A stretch of DNA of 64,000 bases from a virus, in the IMG/VR virus record IMGVR_UViG_3300024270_000070; one strand, given 5' to 3'. The notes below the pieces were generated by a model that saw only the letters and a program-made list of their open reading frames with translations, was not told the origin of the DNA and did no database searches. Positions 30,367-40,997 of this stretch are shown one piece after another (position 1 is the stretch's first letter; every line of letters starts with the position of its first letter). The position numbers and the translations under genes are program-made.

Positions 30367-31080
30367 TTATCTTTTATAAATATCTTTAGAAAAGCAATTC
30401 TCAAGTGCCGAAACACGTAGTTTTTTCATTGCTTTTTCATATATCTGTCTAACTCGTTCTTTAGTTAATCCCAATTCATTTCCAATTTCTTCTAATGTTT
30501 TAGGCTTGCGTTCACCAATGCCGCTATATTTAGTAACAATGAATTGTTCTCTTGGGGTTAAATCTTTTAAGAGAAGGTTTACAACTGTATTAATATCCTT
30601 TTCTCTTTCAGATTCAGAGTTATCTTCAATGTAGATATCATCACTCATTTTTTCATCAATGTAATCAGCCTCCTCATAGGTTTCCAATTCATTGTATTCA
30701 ACAGGCAATTCTTCTGAGGGGAGAGAATTTCTTTTCTTAAGGGCTGATAATATCGACTCCCTAATCCAATTTACTGCATAAGATATAAATTTATTACCAA
30801 GTTCAGGTTCAAATTTATCTGCAGCCTTAAAAAGCCCTGCATTCGCTTCTTGAATTAAATCAGAATATGATAATCCAAGCCCTTTATAATTTTTCGCAAT
30901 ATTTGCAGCGAATTTCAGATTTGATTGAACCAACTTATTTCGTGCATTTACATCTTTTTTTTCTCTCCATCTTTTTGAGAGTCTTCTTTCTTCAGCCCTT
31001 GTTAAGGGCTTAGTGTTTGTTATGTCTTTAAAATAATATCCTGCGTTTACGTCATAGATATTATTAAAATCTTTTAACAT
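30367..31080 (-). CDS. sigma-70 family RNA polymerase sigma factor
   Basis: region 2 (SYSDLIQEANAGLFKAADKFEPELGNKFISYAVNWIRESI) and region 4 HTH (TLEEIGNELGLTKERVRQIYEKAMKKLR). Confidence 0.75.
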   Translation of the reverse strand: MLKDFNNIYDVNAGYYFKDITNTKPLTRAEERRLSKRWREKKDVNARNKLVQSNLKFAANIAKNYKGLGLSYSDLIQEANAGLFKAADKFEPELGNKFISYAVNWIRESILSALKKRNSLPSEELPVEYNELETYEEADYIDEKMSDDIYIEDNSESEREKDINTVVNLLLKDLTPREQFIVTKYSGIGERKPKTLEEIGNELGLTKERVRQIYEKAMKKLRVSALENCFSKDIYKR

Positions 31081-31106
31081 TACATTCTCATGTTTCTTTT
31101 TTTATT

Positions 31107-33497
31107 TTAAACAGCCTTTTGGCTAATTGACGATATCTGATTCTCTTTTCTTACCGTTATGATTGACGTGTGCCAATCTATAATCTGATTAAGGTGGGTT
31201 ATGTGGAGGACAACACTATAATCTTTTACTATACGGTCAAACAAAAGTTTGATATTTTCATAGTTTTCCTGTGCTACACCACCAAGTACCTCATCAAGAA
31301 GAAGAATTGACGGACGGCTTAATGTCGAAATGTTCCCAAGAACAACTCTCAAAGCCAATGCCGCTGCAGTCTGTTCAAATCCTGAACCACCTGACAATTT
31401 TGTAACGGTGTTATTTCTTACAAGATTAAACGCAACATCATTGTGGTCGTCAATGACAACTTCAACATCAAAATCACAAACTCCTGAGAGAAGACGTTTA
31501 AGTTCTCCGTTTATCAGAGGTAGAGCCTGACGTAAAACCATTTTTCCAATACCATTCTTACCAACAAGAGTGAGATATATTTTCCACGTCTTGACAATTT
31601 TTTCCTCATTGTCAATCTGAGAAATTATGTTTTCTCTATTTTTAATGTTGTCTTGAAGAGTTTTATTTTCATTTTCAAGGCCATTTATTTGAAGGAGAAG
31701 ATTATCTCTAATACCCTCTTCAGTTTTTAATGAAACATTAAGGACATTAAGTGAATTTTCTATCTTATTATTCGCTTCAATTACAGCCTTATTGTCTTCA
31801 AGGGCTTTCATTGTCTGCCTGAGGTCTTTAAGTTTAAGTCTAAGAACCTTTAAATCAGCATCATACTTATCAATAAGTATTGATAAACGACTTTTTTCAT
31901 TAAAAAGACGACGATTTTCGTCCATTTTAACGATATTTTCCTTAATTTCGTTTAATTTCCCGTTCTTTTTCTCCCCATCACTGATAAGAGTTTTAATTTT
32001 TTCTTCGTTTTCTGCAATTGTTGCGCTATAATTAACCCCTTCAAGTTTTCTTTTACATGTGGGGCAATACTCTGAAGCAGCGAGATTTTTATTTGTCTCG
32101 CGGAGTTGACGTATTGTATTTTTAATACCGTTTATTTCAACAGCAAGATTTTCCCTTTTATTTTGCAGGTCCTGATATTCGTTTTCGGAGAATTCAACAT
32201 TAGCAATTGCATCAAGGTCGTTTTTCGTTTTATCCATTAATGCCTTTGTCTGTTTTCCTTTCTCAGTGACATCTTCAATTTGACGCTCAATTGTATGCAC
32301 ATCTACTTTGGTAAGGGAGGAGTCAACTTCTCTCTTGGCTGAAAGAAGTGCTTCTTTTTGTTTAGCCAATTCATCGCATCTCTTGGTAGAGTCAGTGTGT
32401 TTTACTTTAGTCTCATCAATTCTTTTACTATTATCTTCGATAGAGAGATTAAATGCATCAATTTCAGTTTTCAACACTTCACGACTATATATGTTGGAAA
32501 GAAGTGACTTTGATATTTCTTTATTCCACTTCTCACGTGCGATGGCATCTTTTTCCTCAAGAGGTAGAAGACCAATCCATTTAGAAAGAAGACGCCCCCT
32601 TTCAGTATCCTTAAGGGAAATTAAAGACTTAAGATTGTCGGAATTAGCACAAATTACGAGGTCAAAATCTTTTTCGTTACCAATAGCCTCTTTAATGATT
32701 TTAGTTGTTTGAACATTATTCTCACCTTCCATGTTTTCAATATCGTCAAGAACCTGTTCTTCACCGTTGACGACTTTGAAATATTCCACCTTCTGCGTAA
32801 CCTTGCTTTTTGCTGTACGTCTTTTATGTGCGGGGCGAGTAAGTGTGCGCCTAATGATATAATCTTCACCGTCTATTTCAATACAACCTTCAACCTTAAC
32901 TTCTGTTGTTTCCGGACGATATCTATTAAAGATACCTGCAAGGTCGTCAGCCTTACCCGAGGTTGTCTTACCAAAGAGTACGAAATGAAGAAGGTCATAT
33001 GCAAAAGTAGATTTACCGCTCTGATTAGCAGGTTCACCATTAAGAAGAACCAAACCATTCAAAGTTGTAAAATCAAAAAAGTTATCATCTCCATAAGAAA
33101 GGAAATTTGACCACTTTAACCACTTGATTTCATATCTCTTGAACTTATCATATACCTCATAATCTATGAGGGAGTTAATATGACTGTCGATTTTAATGAT
33201 TTCATTAAAATCATAATCCTCGATATTGTTTTCATCAAGATATGCTTGGAAAAGTTGCTGTTGAAATTTAGGGTCCTGAATGTTTTGTATTGTGTCATTG
33301 GTCAATGCAACCTTTTCTCCTTTATTATTTAAGGAGATAAAAATAGGAACAATTTCTACATTCTTTGATGGAACACCGTATTTCTTTGCGACGTTTTCTC
33401 TGATACTTTCTTCTTTTTCCTTTGAAAAATCAACAGGAAGCACTTTCCATTCAATTGTTATTTTGGCGTTTTCGCCAATTTTCAAATCTTTAGCCAT
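31107..33497 (-). CDS. SbcC/Rad50-like SMC ATPase
   Basis: Walker A NGEPANQSGKST; long coiled coil with CPTCKR zinc hook; signature LSGGSGFEQ; Walker B ILLLDEVLGG. Confidence 0.8.
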   Translation of the reverse strand: MAKDLKIGENAKITIEWKVLPVDFSKEKEESIRENVAKKYGVPSKNVEIVPIFISLNNKGEKVALTNDTIQNIQDPKFQQQLFQAYLDENNIEDYDFNEIIKIDSHINSLIDYEVYDKFKRYEIKWLKWSNFLSYGDDNFFDFTTLNGLVLLNGEPANQSGKSTFAYDLLHFVLFGKTTSGKADDLAGIFNRYRPETTEVKVEGCIEIDGEDYIIRRTLTRPAHKRRTAKSKVTQKVEYFKVVNGEEQVLDDIENMEGENNVQTTKIIKEAIGNEKDFDLVICANSDNLKSLISLKDTERGRLLSKWIGLLPLEEKDAIAREKWNKEISKSLLSNIYSREVLKTEIDAFNLSIEDNSKRIDETKVKHTDSTKRCDELAKQKEALLSAKREVDSSLTKVDVHTIERQIEDVTEKGKQTKALMDKTKNDLDAIANVEFSENEYQDLQNKRENLAVEINGIKNTIRQLRETNKNLAASEYCPTCKRKLEGVNYSATIAENEEKIKTLISDGEKKNGKLNEIKENIVKMDENRRLFNEKSRLSILIDKYDADLKVLRLKLKDLRQTMKALEDNKAVIEANNKIENSLNVLNVSLKTEEGIRDNLLLQINGLENENKTLQDNIKNRENIISQIDNEEKIVKTWKIYLTLVGKNGIGKMVLRQALPLINGELKRLLSGVCDFDVEVVIDDHNDVAFNLVRNNTVTKLSGGSGFEQTAAALALRVVLGNISTLSRPSILLLDEVLGGVAQENYENIKLLFDRIVKDYSVVLHITHLNQIIDWHTSIITVRKENQISSISQKAV

Positions 33498-33502
33498 TAA
33501 TT

Positions 33503-33916
33503 TTATAATTTACGTTTTTTACTTTTTTTTTCCGTTTGTTTTTGGGTTACTTTTATTTCTTCATAATAATTTTTCGGGACCTCTCCTTTGTAACGTTCAA
33601 TATCACAATCATCATTAAAAATGGTTTTAGGTTCGTCTACAATTTGAATTTTTTTTTCCACCACTTCAGTTTGACTTATTGAATTGTTTCGCTCGTGGAG
33701 TATTGTGGTTGATTGGACATCAGAAAAACGCCCGTCTACTTCAGTATTATGAATTTTAGGTTTTAATGAAACCTCCCCAAATGGGGTTTCCCCATATTTT
33801 TCTACAGTAAATGATTTTTTAAGAAGTTTGTTGACAAAATCTTTCATCACCAAACCATTCATTCTACAATATTCTTTTATGTCATTATGTAATTTATTTT
33901 CAATGTCAATTGTCAT
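33503..33916 (-). CDS. hypothetical protein
   Basis: track ORF 33503..33964 starts with TTG; first ATG (MTIDIENK) at 33916; CAAATATA (TATATTTG on minus) at 33933..33940. Confidence 0.4.
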   Translation of the reverse strand: MTIDIENKLHNDIKEYCRMNGLVMKDFVNKLLKKSFTVEKYGETPFGEVSLKPKIHNTEVDGRFSDVQSTTILHERNNSISQTEVVEKKIQIVDEPKTIFNDDCDIERYKGEVPKNYYEEIKVTQKQTEKKSKKRKL

Positions 33917-33932
33917 AACAAAAATATTTGTT

Positions 33933-33940
33933 GCAAATAT
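33933..33940 (-). promoter_or_regulatory. Bacteroides-type -7 promoter motif for the minus-strand block
   Basis: TATATTTG on minus strand 17 nt upstream of ATG 33916. Confidence 0.4.
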
Positions 33941-34011
33941 AGTGATAAATTTTGATACTAACAACTTTACTTTTAAACTTTTTTAACTTATTTTTCTTTA
34001 AAAGATGTTGA

Positions 34012-34827
34012 ATGACTGAAGCAGATAATATACGAATTACCGAGAAAGATGACAAAATTCATCGTGTCATCTTGGGACTTGATATTAGTACCTCATGCAT
34101 TGGGGCATCAATTGTTATTGATGACGGTGTAAGTAAACCTGAAATAGTAAAAATCACTCAGATTTCACCTAAAGTGCCTAAAGATATTAGTGGTATTGAG
34201 ATTTTGTTTATTAAGAAACAAATTTTCGAGAATGAATTTATTGTACCATTAAAAGAATTTGGTATAACTGATGTTATAATTGAGGAACCTCTCTTATCAT
34301 CCAATAACATTTCGACTGTCGGTAAACTTATACGATTCAATGGTATGGTTTCAGAGGCAATATATCATCATCTTGGTATTGTCCCTAAATTTATTTCATC
34401 ATATGATTCTCGTGCTTTTTCTTTCCCTGAGTTGTGTTCAATAAGAAAATATAATAAAAAGGGAAAGGAATATCCTCTTGCACATATAAAGAAAGATATT
34501 AATTCAAATAATCTCGTTCTTTTTGGTGCCTATCCTTATGATATTGACAAGAAAGTCATCATGATGGACCTTGTAAATAACCTTTATCCTGATATTGAAT
34601 GGTCAAGAAATGGTAAAGGGGAGATTAAAAAAGAAAATTATGATGCTTGTGATTCTTTGATTTGTGCATTAGCATACATTAATGTTAATCGCTATGGAAT
34701 TGAAAAACCTGAGATATTCAACCCTGATATTGAAAAAACTGATGGCGGCTACGTTATTAGATATTCAACAAAGATTTGGGGTAATATCTATGATAAACGT
34801 CTTGAACTTGGTAAGACTACTGAATAG
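34012..34827 (+). CDS. RuvC-like Holliday junction resolvase
   Basis: N-terminal ILGLDISTSCIGASI (RuvC motif I) ; IIEEPL ; C-terminal CDSLICALAYI resembling RuvC D/H-ADAL motif. Confidence 0.55.
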   Translation: MTEADNIRITEKDDKIHRVILGLDISTSCIGASIVIDDGVSKPEIVKITQISPKVPKDISGIEILFIKKQIFENEFIVPLKEFGITDVIIEEPLLSSNNISTVGKLIRFNGMVSEAIYHHLGIVPKFISSYDSRAFSFPELCSIRKYNKKGKEYPLAHIKKDINSNNLVLFGAYPYDIDKKVIMMDLVNNLYPDIEWSRNGKGEIKKENYDACDSLICALAYINVNRYGIEKPEIFNPDIEKTDGGYVIRYSTKIWGNIYDKRLELGKTTE

Positions 34828-34850
34828 GAAACCTACAGTCAATCTTGATA

Positions 34851-34858
34851 TATTTTTG
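34851..34858 (+). promoter_or_regulatory. Bacteroides-type -7 promoter motif TATTTTTG
   Basis: in the 118-nt gap upstream of 34946. Confidence 0.35.
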
Positions 34859-34945
34859 CACGAAGTCTTTCTTTTGGATTTTTCATAAGAGAGGCTTCTT
34901 TTTCTTAGTCTTTTACCTATTTATAAGAAATTAAATTAGTATACC

Positions 34946-35911
34946 ATGAGTTACTTAGGAGATATACGTGAAAATTCAATCGGCCCAAACGGTGAACTTT
35001 GGGAGGGTGATAACAGGATAGAGGAACGTCATTATTGGAATGGTGCATATATTGACCTTTGCAACCTTCCGGGAGAAGAATATTCAAAAACTATTTTTAT
35101 TACCAACGGTAGTGGTTCAGGTTCCGGTTCTGATTCTAATACCGGAGATACAACGCCTACAATACAAACCAAGGCAATGTCACTTGAGATAGTGAATGGT
35201 GACGCTGTTGTTATGTTTGCGGGAACGACTGCTTCTGATATGTATGTGGCAATTTCTTACAATGGTGATGAACAATACACTGTTAAAATAGAGAAAGGAA
35301 CTTCAGGCGCTTCAGGAATTCAATTCGGGCTTGGGGATATTGCCTCTATTGAAAACTATGGTATTGGTGGTTCTGAAACCGATGCCCTTGCAGGTAAGAA
35401 AACTTATCAGGATGAGGAATTTAAGTATCAGATAACACTTAATGCACCGGTAGTTTTCCCAGTTGCATATCAAATTGCAGCCATGAAAGGGCATATTGAT
35501 ACTATGACAGATGAAGAAATTTTTGATGCAATATCTGTTATAGATAGCATAACAATGGAGAGTGAAAGTGCAACTGAGACATTTGTTGCTGATATTGAAC
35601 CTATTGCAATAGAGGGTCTTGCAGAAATGTCCCCTGCTGAAATAACTGAGGTTCTTCTTAATAATGCTCAGGATATTATAATCATCACTGACCGTGAGGT
35701 TGTTGATATTCTGGCTGCTTCCACAAACGATTCTGTTATTGAAGGATGGAATAAAAGGGAGCATGATGCAATAATTGATGGCGTTGCTTACCATGTATGG
35801 TATAAGACGGCTAACGACACAGAACTTTCTGCTGTCTATGACCCTGCAGTTCCTGAGGCTGTGATTGATATTCCAGAAGATTCAATAACTTATATAATCA
35901 AATACGCATAA
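34946..35911 (+). CDS. hypothetical structural protein with GS-linker
   Basis: NGSGSGSGSDSNTGDTTP low-complexity linker; acidic. Confidence 0.45.
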   Translation: MSYLGDIRENSIGPNGELWEGDNRIEERHYWNGAYIDLCNLPGEEYSKTIFITNGSGSGSGSDSNTGDTTPTIQTKAMSLEIVNGDAVVMFAGTTASDMYVAISYNGDEQYTVKIEKGTSGASGIQFGLGDIASIENYGIGGSETDALAGKKTYQDEEFKYQITLNAPVVFPVAYQIAAMKGHIDTMTDEEIFDAISVIDSITMESESATETFVADIEPIAIEGLAEMSPAEITEVLLNNAQDIIIITDREVVDILAASTNDSVIEGWNKREHDAIIDGVAYHVWYKTANDTELSAVYDPAVPEAVIDIPEDSITYIIKYA

Positions 35912-35913
35912 AG

Positions 35914-36846
35914 ATGGCAGTTATAAATTATTCAGACCAATTCAAATACTCTGGTAAGGGTTATATTGATGCTAAGGTTGCACCTGTCGCCAATATTGAA
36001 GACCTGACTAAAATCAGTTCATTTGTATTGGCCAAGTATTACACGCCTGGTATGGTTGTGATGGTACTTGATGATGGCCTTGGTGAGGGCCCCGCACAGT
36101 ATATTCTTACTGAAGATTATTCTTGGGAGAAGTATGGCTCTATTGACTTGGGGAAAGTCGAGGAGCGTGTTGATGCAGTTGAGGGTGAATTGAAAAATCT
36201 TGATTCACGCATTAAGGATATAGCATCAAAGGCAGATGAAAATGCAAACGGTATTTCAAACCTTAATTCAAAAATTGAAAAGATTGCGGGTATTGACAAA
36301 CTTAAAGCAGGTGATAATATTGCTTTTGTAGAAGAAATTGATGGCAGTCTTGTAATTTCCGCTTCAGTTCCGGATGTTGACCTTACTGAGGTTGAAACCC
36401 GTATCAGCGAAATTGATGAAGCCTATAAAAAGGCTGATGAAGGCCTTTCAGAACGAATCAATTCAATAGCAGGAAATGTTTCAGTAAATACTCAGAATAT
36501 TGAAGCAATTTCAGCAAGGGTTTCAGGCAATACTCAGCAAATTCAAGATGTTTCTAAAAAGGTTGGGACTTTGGAAGAATCATTTAATGAGTATACCGCA
36601 AGCACTGACGCTAAGATTCAGACAATTTCGGGTGATGTAATCACAATTCAAGACAGGCTTGATTCAATCACAAGTGGTGAGGGTGATGTTGCTGTTGATG
36701 GAATTACAATTCAGAAAGACGAGAATAAGAAACTTTCCGTGAAGATTTCAAACGCTGAAGATAATGTTTTGGTTGTTAATGAGGATGGTCTTTATTCAAC
36801 GGGCATATCTCTTTCGGGTGATGATTTGGAAAACGAAATTCTCTAA
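35914..36846 (+). CDS. tail fibre-like coiled-coil protein
   Basis: heptad-rich (VEERVDAVEGELKNLDSRIKDIASKADENANGISNLNSKIEKIAG). Confidence 0.45.
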   Translation: MAVINYSDQFKYSGKGYIDAKVAPVANIEDLTKISSFVLAKYYTPGMVVMVLDDGLGEGPAQYILTEDYSWEKYGSIDLGKVEERVDAVEGELKNLDSRIKDIASKADENANGISNLNSKIEKIAGIDKLKAGDNIAFVEEIDGSLVISASVPDVDLTEVETRISEIDEAYKKADEGLSERINSIAGNVSVNTQNIEAISARVSGNTQQIQDVSKKVGTLEESFNEYTASTDAKIQTISGDVITIQDRLDSITSGEGDVAVDGITIQKDENKKLSVKISNAEDNVLVVNEDGLYSTGISLSGDDLENEIL

Positions 36847-36964
36847 TATAAGTAAGAAAATATCTTAATAAAAATATAATATTTAAAATAATATTATTAT
36901 TTATAAGAGATATTAATTTAATGTTAAAATAAACTGGAATTATAAGAATAAATAATAATCAGAT

Positions 36965-38911
36965 ATGTCAAAACAACTTTTTAAAGGTATTAAGTCCGTA
37001 CTTGGTACGACTTTCGCAGAGGTTGCTGCAGCTGATAGAAAAGGTTATATTTGGTTCGTTAGAACAGTTGTTGATTCTGATGCCAACACTGAGGGCGTAC
37101 AGGATGACAATGATTTAAGAAACGACATTTATGACATTTATTTCGGTACAAAGCACTATGCTCGTTATCAGGAAGGACAGATTGAATCTCTTGCTGATAA
37201 AATTGCCACTCTTGATGACGAGAGCGCTGATGTAGCTGCAGCCCTTCTTAAGGTGGTAGGTATTGTAAATGTTAGTCTTGATGGTGAAGGCAAAATCACT
37301 GTAATGGATGAGGATTTTGCAAATCTTGCTGCTGCTTTCGCTAAGGTTACTGCTCGTTTCGACGAAGTTGAAGGTGATATTAAGGACCTTCAAGATTCAC
37401 TTACTGAAATTATGGTGAAGAATGTTGCTGAAGGCGACAAAGTTCTTAATGTTGCTGACGGTATTCTTTCATCAACAATTGGTCTTAAATATGAGAACAA
37501 TAAAATCTCTCTTACGGGAATTGGTGGCGAGGAAATTGCAGGATTTGATGCAACTGATTTCCTGAAAGACAGCGTTCTTGAGGATGTTAAAGTTGAAACT
37601 AAAGAAGATGGTGAGAAATATATCATTTTCACTTGGAAGACTGAGGGTGAGTCAACTAAGACTGATGAGATTAAGGTTTCTGATTTTGCGAAACTTTACA
37701 ATGCAGGTACCGCACTCGAACTCGCTGAGGATGGTGTGACTTTCAATGTTAAGGTTGCTGAGGCTAACAACTTCCTTTCAGTTAACGAATCCAATGAACT
37801 TGTTGTTGACGATATGACAGTTGATAAGACAGTTCTTAAGGAATCTATTACAATTGAGGGTGGCCCTCTTGCTTCTGATGCAGTTAAATCTGCTTTTGCT
37901 GATGGTGTCATCCCTGCAGGTACTGACCTTCAGGCAGTTCTTAAGGCTCTTCTTTGTGTTGAAATCTATCCGGTACCTTCAAAGAATACTCCAAGTTATA
38001 GTGTTTCAATTTCAGCACCAACTGTTAGTGCAACAGGTGGAAACAATAATGGGCTTGTAGAAGTTGGACAGGCAATTACATTCAGTGAGGTTACAGCAAA
38101 TGCAGTTTCAATTTCTAAGACTGAGCCTAAAGTAAGTGGATTTGAGCATGGTTATTCTGCTACTGTTGATGGTGATGATGTTGTAGACGCAACTTCAGTT
38201 TCAGGTGCTTGGACAGTTTCACAGATGAATAACAACGTTTATGAACTTTCAGCGGCTTCTACCGGTTTCACAGGAACACTCCCAACAACAGTTCAAGACG
38301 CTACCGCTTCTTTATGTAAGCTTGCTTCATGTACTCTTGTTGCTGTTGAAGGAACTAATAAGTATGTAGTAACTGAGGATGCGCCTAAGCATACAGGTTC
38401 ACATGATGGAGTTGCTTCTTATTATATCGTTTCAAACCTTGGTGGAAGAAGTGAGGAGAAGAAATCAGTTGCAATTGCTGCTCAGGCAGGTGTTGAAAAA
38501 GACCCTTCTAATCAGTCTGCAACATTCACTGTAACAGGTGTTTATCCTGTATATACCAATGGCGTTAGTGCTTCTACTACAGATGCAACTGGTGCGGCTA
38601 TGGCAGACCTCGCTGCTCCAGTAACAGGTGATGGTACTAAATTGGCTCTTATGAAATCAAATACTTCATTTGCGGTTTCATTTGCTAATCAGGGCCTTGA
38701 ACCATACCGTCTTTTCCTCCCTGGTGCTTGGAAGGTAACAACTGCAATGGCAATCAATCCAACTACAGCGAAATATGCTATTGATTGTAAAGATAAGTTC
38801 GTCGCAAACGGTACTGTTACAAGAACTATTCAGGGTAAAGAGGTGACTTATACAGTTTATGAGTGGGCTTCAACTGAAGGACCTAACCGTGTTAAATTCA
38901 CAGTGGCTTAA
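36965..38911 (+). CDS. tail fibre / structural protein with Ig-like beta-rich C-terminus
   Basis: coiled-coil N-part, T/S/V-rich beta C-part. Confidence 0.45.
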   Translation: MSKQLFKGIKSVLGTTFAEVAAADRKGYIWFVRTVVDSDANTEGVQDDNDLRNDIYDIYFGTKHYARYQEGQIESLADKIATLDDESADVAAALLKVVGIVNVSLDGEGKITVMDEDFANLAAAFAKVTARFDEVEGDIKDLQDSLTEIMVKNVAEGDKVLNVADGILSSTIGLKYENNKISLTGIGGEEIAGFDATDFLKDSVLEDVKVETKEDGEKYIIFTWKTEGESTKTDEIKVSDFAKLYNAGTALELAEDGVTFNVKVAEANNFLSVNESNELVVDDMTVDKTVLKESITIEGGPLASDAVKSAFADGVIPAGTDLQAVLKALLCVEIYPVPSKNTPSYSVSISAPTVSATGGNNNGLVEVGQAITFSEVTANAVSISKTEPKVSGFEHGYSATVDGDDVVDATSVSGAWTVSQMNNNVYELSAASTGFTGTLPTTVQDATASLCKLASCTLVAVEGTNKYVVTEDAPKHTGSHDGVASYYIVSNLGGRSEEKKSVAIAAQAGVEKDPSNQSATFTVTGVYPVYTNGVSASTTDATGAAMADLAAPVTGDGTKLALMKSNTSFAVSFANQGLEPYRLFLPGAWKVTTAMAINPTTAKYAIDCKDKFVANGTVTRTIQGKEVTYTVYEWASTEGPNRVKFTVA

Positions 38912-38940
38912 TAATAATTGAAGAATATTGATTTTAGGAT

Positions 38941-40989
38941 ATGGCAAAATTATTTAATGGTATGATAAACTTCGCATCGGCAATTAAACCTACCGGTGCA
39001 CAGCCACTTGATGATAGAACAGTAGTACAGTCATTTGCTGACTTGCTTGCTGATGATACATTTGGTTTGGCGAAATATAACGGTATGCTTGTTGCTGTTG
39101 TTGAAGATGGACAGGTATACATGCTTAAAGATGCGGCTAATTCGACTTCAGAAGACGCTTGGGTTGCCGTAGGTTCAGGAAATGGTTCACTTGCTGTTGA
39201 AGAATATAAGGATGCAGTTGCTCTTGCAACTGATGATAATATTGGTCAGGTTATCTATGTTAAGACTAAATCTGAGTATGATGCTGACGGAGAAGGTGAA
39301 GGTGCTGCTGTTGAATATGACGCTGCTCCTTATATTGTAATCGGTCAGGGACAACTTCAGAAACTCGCAGCTTCTACTGCAAGTGGTAATCTTGACGCTG
39401 ACGTTGCTGAACTTAAGACTAAGGTTTCAGGTATTGAATCTGAAATAGGAAAAGCGGCTGCAGGCGAGGATGCTGCTACAGGACTTTACAAAGAAATTGC
39501 CGATGCTGAGGATGCAGCAAAGACTTATGCTGATGAACAGGCTGCTCAGGCTCTTACTGACGCTAAAGACTATGCCGATGGTAAGGACGAGGCTATGGAT
39601 GGGCGCGTTAAGGTTCTTGAAGCAATTGACCATGATGCTTATATAGGTGCTGATGCTGCTCTTAAATCTGAAATAGAGGGTGAACTTGGTAAGAAAGTCG
39701 ATAAGGTTGAGGGTTCTCGTCTTATGACTAATGATGAGGGTACTAAACTTGGTAATATCGAGGCAGGTGCTCAGGTTAACAAACTTGAGGTCGTTAAAGT
39801 TAACGGACAGGCTCTTGTGATAGCAGAGGCTGATAAATCAGTTGATGTTATTGTTCCAACTGCTCCGGTTCAGGGAGTTGCTGATGGTGAAAAAGTTATT
39901 TCCCTTGATGGAGATAAATTGAAAACAACTCTTACTCTTGCTTATGTTCCGGCTTCAGATGAACAGAATGCAGTGCTTCGTCTCCAGGGAATTAATGGTG
40001 AGGTTGTTTCATCAATTGATGCAACTGCTTTCATTAAGGATGGTATGCTTGAAGGTGCTGTTCTTGATGGACCTAAAGAAGGTGAGGCCGGTGAGAAATA
40101 TCTCGTATTGACCTTCAATACTGCTGCAGGTAAAGAAGATATCCGCATGGATGTAACAGACCTTCTTGATTACTATGCTGCGGGTGATGGCCTTGTTCTT
40201 GATGGTAAAACGTTCAAGGTAAAGGTTGATGAGACTGCAAACACTTATCTTCAGGTAACAACTAATGGTATTGCAGTTTCACAAGCATTCCTTGATAAGA
40301 TAACTGAACTTGATAATGAGGTTCTTAGGGCTGCTAAAGAATATGCTGATGGCCTTGCAGGAAACTACGAGGTTGCAGGCGCAGCTGCTCAGGCTCTTGC
40401 TGACGCTAAGGCTTATACCGATGAGCGTGAGGTTGAGATTGATAAGAAGTGGGCTGCTGCTGACGCTCAGGTTCTTGCTGATGCTAAGAAGTATGGCGAC
40501 GATACTTTCGTAACCAAAGACGGTTTCAATGAATTTGAGGCTTCTTATGAGGAGAAACTTAATAACATTGCTGAGGGCGCTCAGGTTAACGTAATTGAGG
40601 CTGTTAAGGTTAATGGTATTGATGCTGTAGTTTCTGAGGGTAAGGTTGCTGAACTCGAAATTGCTGCTAAGGATATTGCTCTCGGTAGTGATATTACTGG
40701 CGCAACAGGTGATGCGATTTATTCAGGAGATACCAAGATTTCAACAGTCCTTCAGGGTATTCAGGATAGCATTCGCGCTGCTGTTGCGGGTGGTGTGAAT
40801 TCAGTTACTTCCGCAGACAATGCTATTGAAGTAAACAACGCTGACCCTAACAACCCTAAGGTTTCGGTTAAGGTTGAAACAGCAACTGATGAGACAGTCG
40901 CTGCAGGACACATCGAACTTGTCAAAGGTAGTGAAGGCCTTTATGGTTTCATGTACTATGACGGCGACGATGCAGAGGTTCTGAATTAA
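38941..40989 (+). CDS. tail fibre protein, paralog of 21807..23753
   Basis: shared N-terminal domain; A/D-rich coiled coil; repeated AADAQVLADAKKY / ALADAKAY units. Confidence 0.55.
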   Translation: MAKLFNGMINFASAIKPTGAQPLDDRTVVQSFADLLADDTFGLAKYNGMLVAVVEDGQVYMLKDAANSTSEDAWVAVGSGNGSLAVEEYKDAVALATDDNIGQVIYVKTKSEYDADGEGEGAAVEYDAAPYIVIGQGQLQKLAASTASGNLDADVAELKTKVSGIESEIGKAAAGEDAATGLYKEIADAEDAAKTYADEQAAQALTDAKDYADGKDEAMDGRVKVLEAIDHDAYIGADAALKSEIEGELGKKVDKVEGSRLMTNDEGTKLGNIEAGAQVNKLEVVKVNGQALVIAEADKSVDVIVPTAPVQGVADGEKVISLDGDKLKTTLTLAYVPASDEQNAVLRLQGINGEVVSSIDATAFIKDGMLEGAVLDGPKEGEAGEKYLVLTFNTAAGKEDIRMDVTDLLDYYAAGDGLVLDGKTFKVKVDETANTYLQVTTNGIAVSQAFLDKITELDNEVLRAAKEYADGLAGNYEVAGAAAQALADAKAYTDEREVEIDKKWAAADAQVLADAKKYGDDTFVTKDGFNEFEASYEEKLNNIAEGAQVNVIEAVKVNGIDAVVSEGKVAELEIAAKDIALGSDITGATGDAIYSGDTKISTVLQGIQDSIRAAVAGGVNSVTSADNAIEVNNADPNNPKVSVKVETATDETVAAGHIELVKGSEGLYGFMYYDGDDAEVLN

Positions 40990-40997
40990 TAATTAAT

